This document shows, piece by piece, positions 63,757 through 64,000 of a stretch of 64,000 nucleotides of DNA. The notes under the pieces are model-generated. The model ran no database searches and was not told the origin of the DNA. It saw only the letters and a list, made by a program, of their open reading frames with translations. The translations under genes were made by a program, and so were the position numbers. The DNA is taken from NCBI GenBank assembly GCA_964035545.1, contig OZ037767.1, forward strand, positions 9,000,581-9,064,580, read 5' to 3'. The stretch comes from Bugula neritina. Lineage: Eukaryota; Animalia; Bryozoa. The first letter of the stretch is position 1, and each line of letters opens with the position of its first letter.

Positions 63757-64000
63757 AATTTCAATTAGAAGACAGATAAAATGCAGTTAATTGATATAAT
63801 AAAAATGTTTTAGATTCTAGAAGCATGGTAATTATACAGAAATATTTTACATAGTACATACTAACAGCAAACTAGTATGGCTGTTGTAGCACATGGCTTG
63901 TTATTTTTAGAGCAACATTCAGTTAAAAAGTTTGCAGTTAAAGAGGTTGAATAGTGCCAGCCTGGTGGCACTGGCATTAAAGTATAATTGGGCCAAAGTC

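Overview
AT-rich metazoan (invertebrate-like) genomic DNA with short GT-AG introns. Host genes reconstructed by hand: (1) exons of an unidentified minus-strand gene running off the left edge; (2) a complete 12-exon TBCE (tubulin-specific chaperone E) on the minus strand, 20920-28274, about 525 aa; (3) a plus-strand POT1-like telomere ssDNA-binding gene, about 52.8-57.6 kb, with both ends unresolved; (4) a convergent minus-strand galactose-3-O-sulfotransferase (GAL3ST)-like gene, 59458 to at least 63364. Between the divergent TBCE and POT1 genes lies a roughly 21 kb nest of retroelements. It contains a nearly intact CR1-group LINE (PHD ORF1 plus APE/RT ORF2) interrupted by a solo LTR with a 4-bp TSD, a second 3'-truncated PHD-ORF1 LINE, RTE, L1/Tx1-like and CR1-like remnants, two Ty3/Gypsy pieces and two Penelope-like elements. 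Every retroelement I could orient is on the minus strand. This strand uniformity is the best candidate for a larger system: either a uni-strand piRNA-cluster-like locus or a long antisense intron transcribed from the divergent side of the TBCE promoter. Other notable items are a repeat with a tRNA-like module at its 3' end, a hammerhead-like motif in the Penelope pseudo-LTRs, six tandem splice-acceptor copies in TBCE, a Gypsy zinc-finger extension, and a POT1 that appears to lack the HJRL insert. All family calls come from motif recognition by eye; no database search was run.
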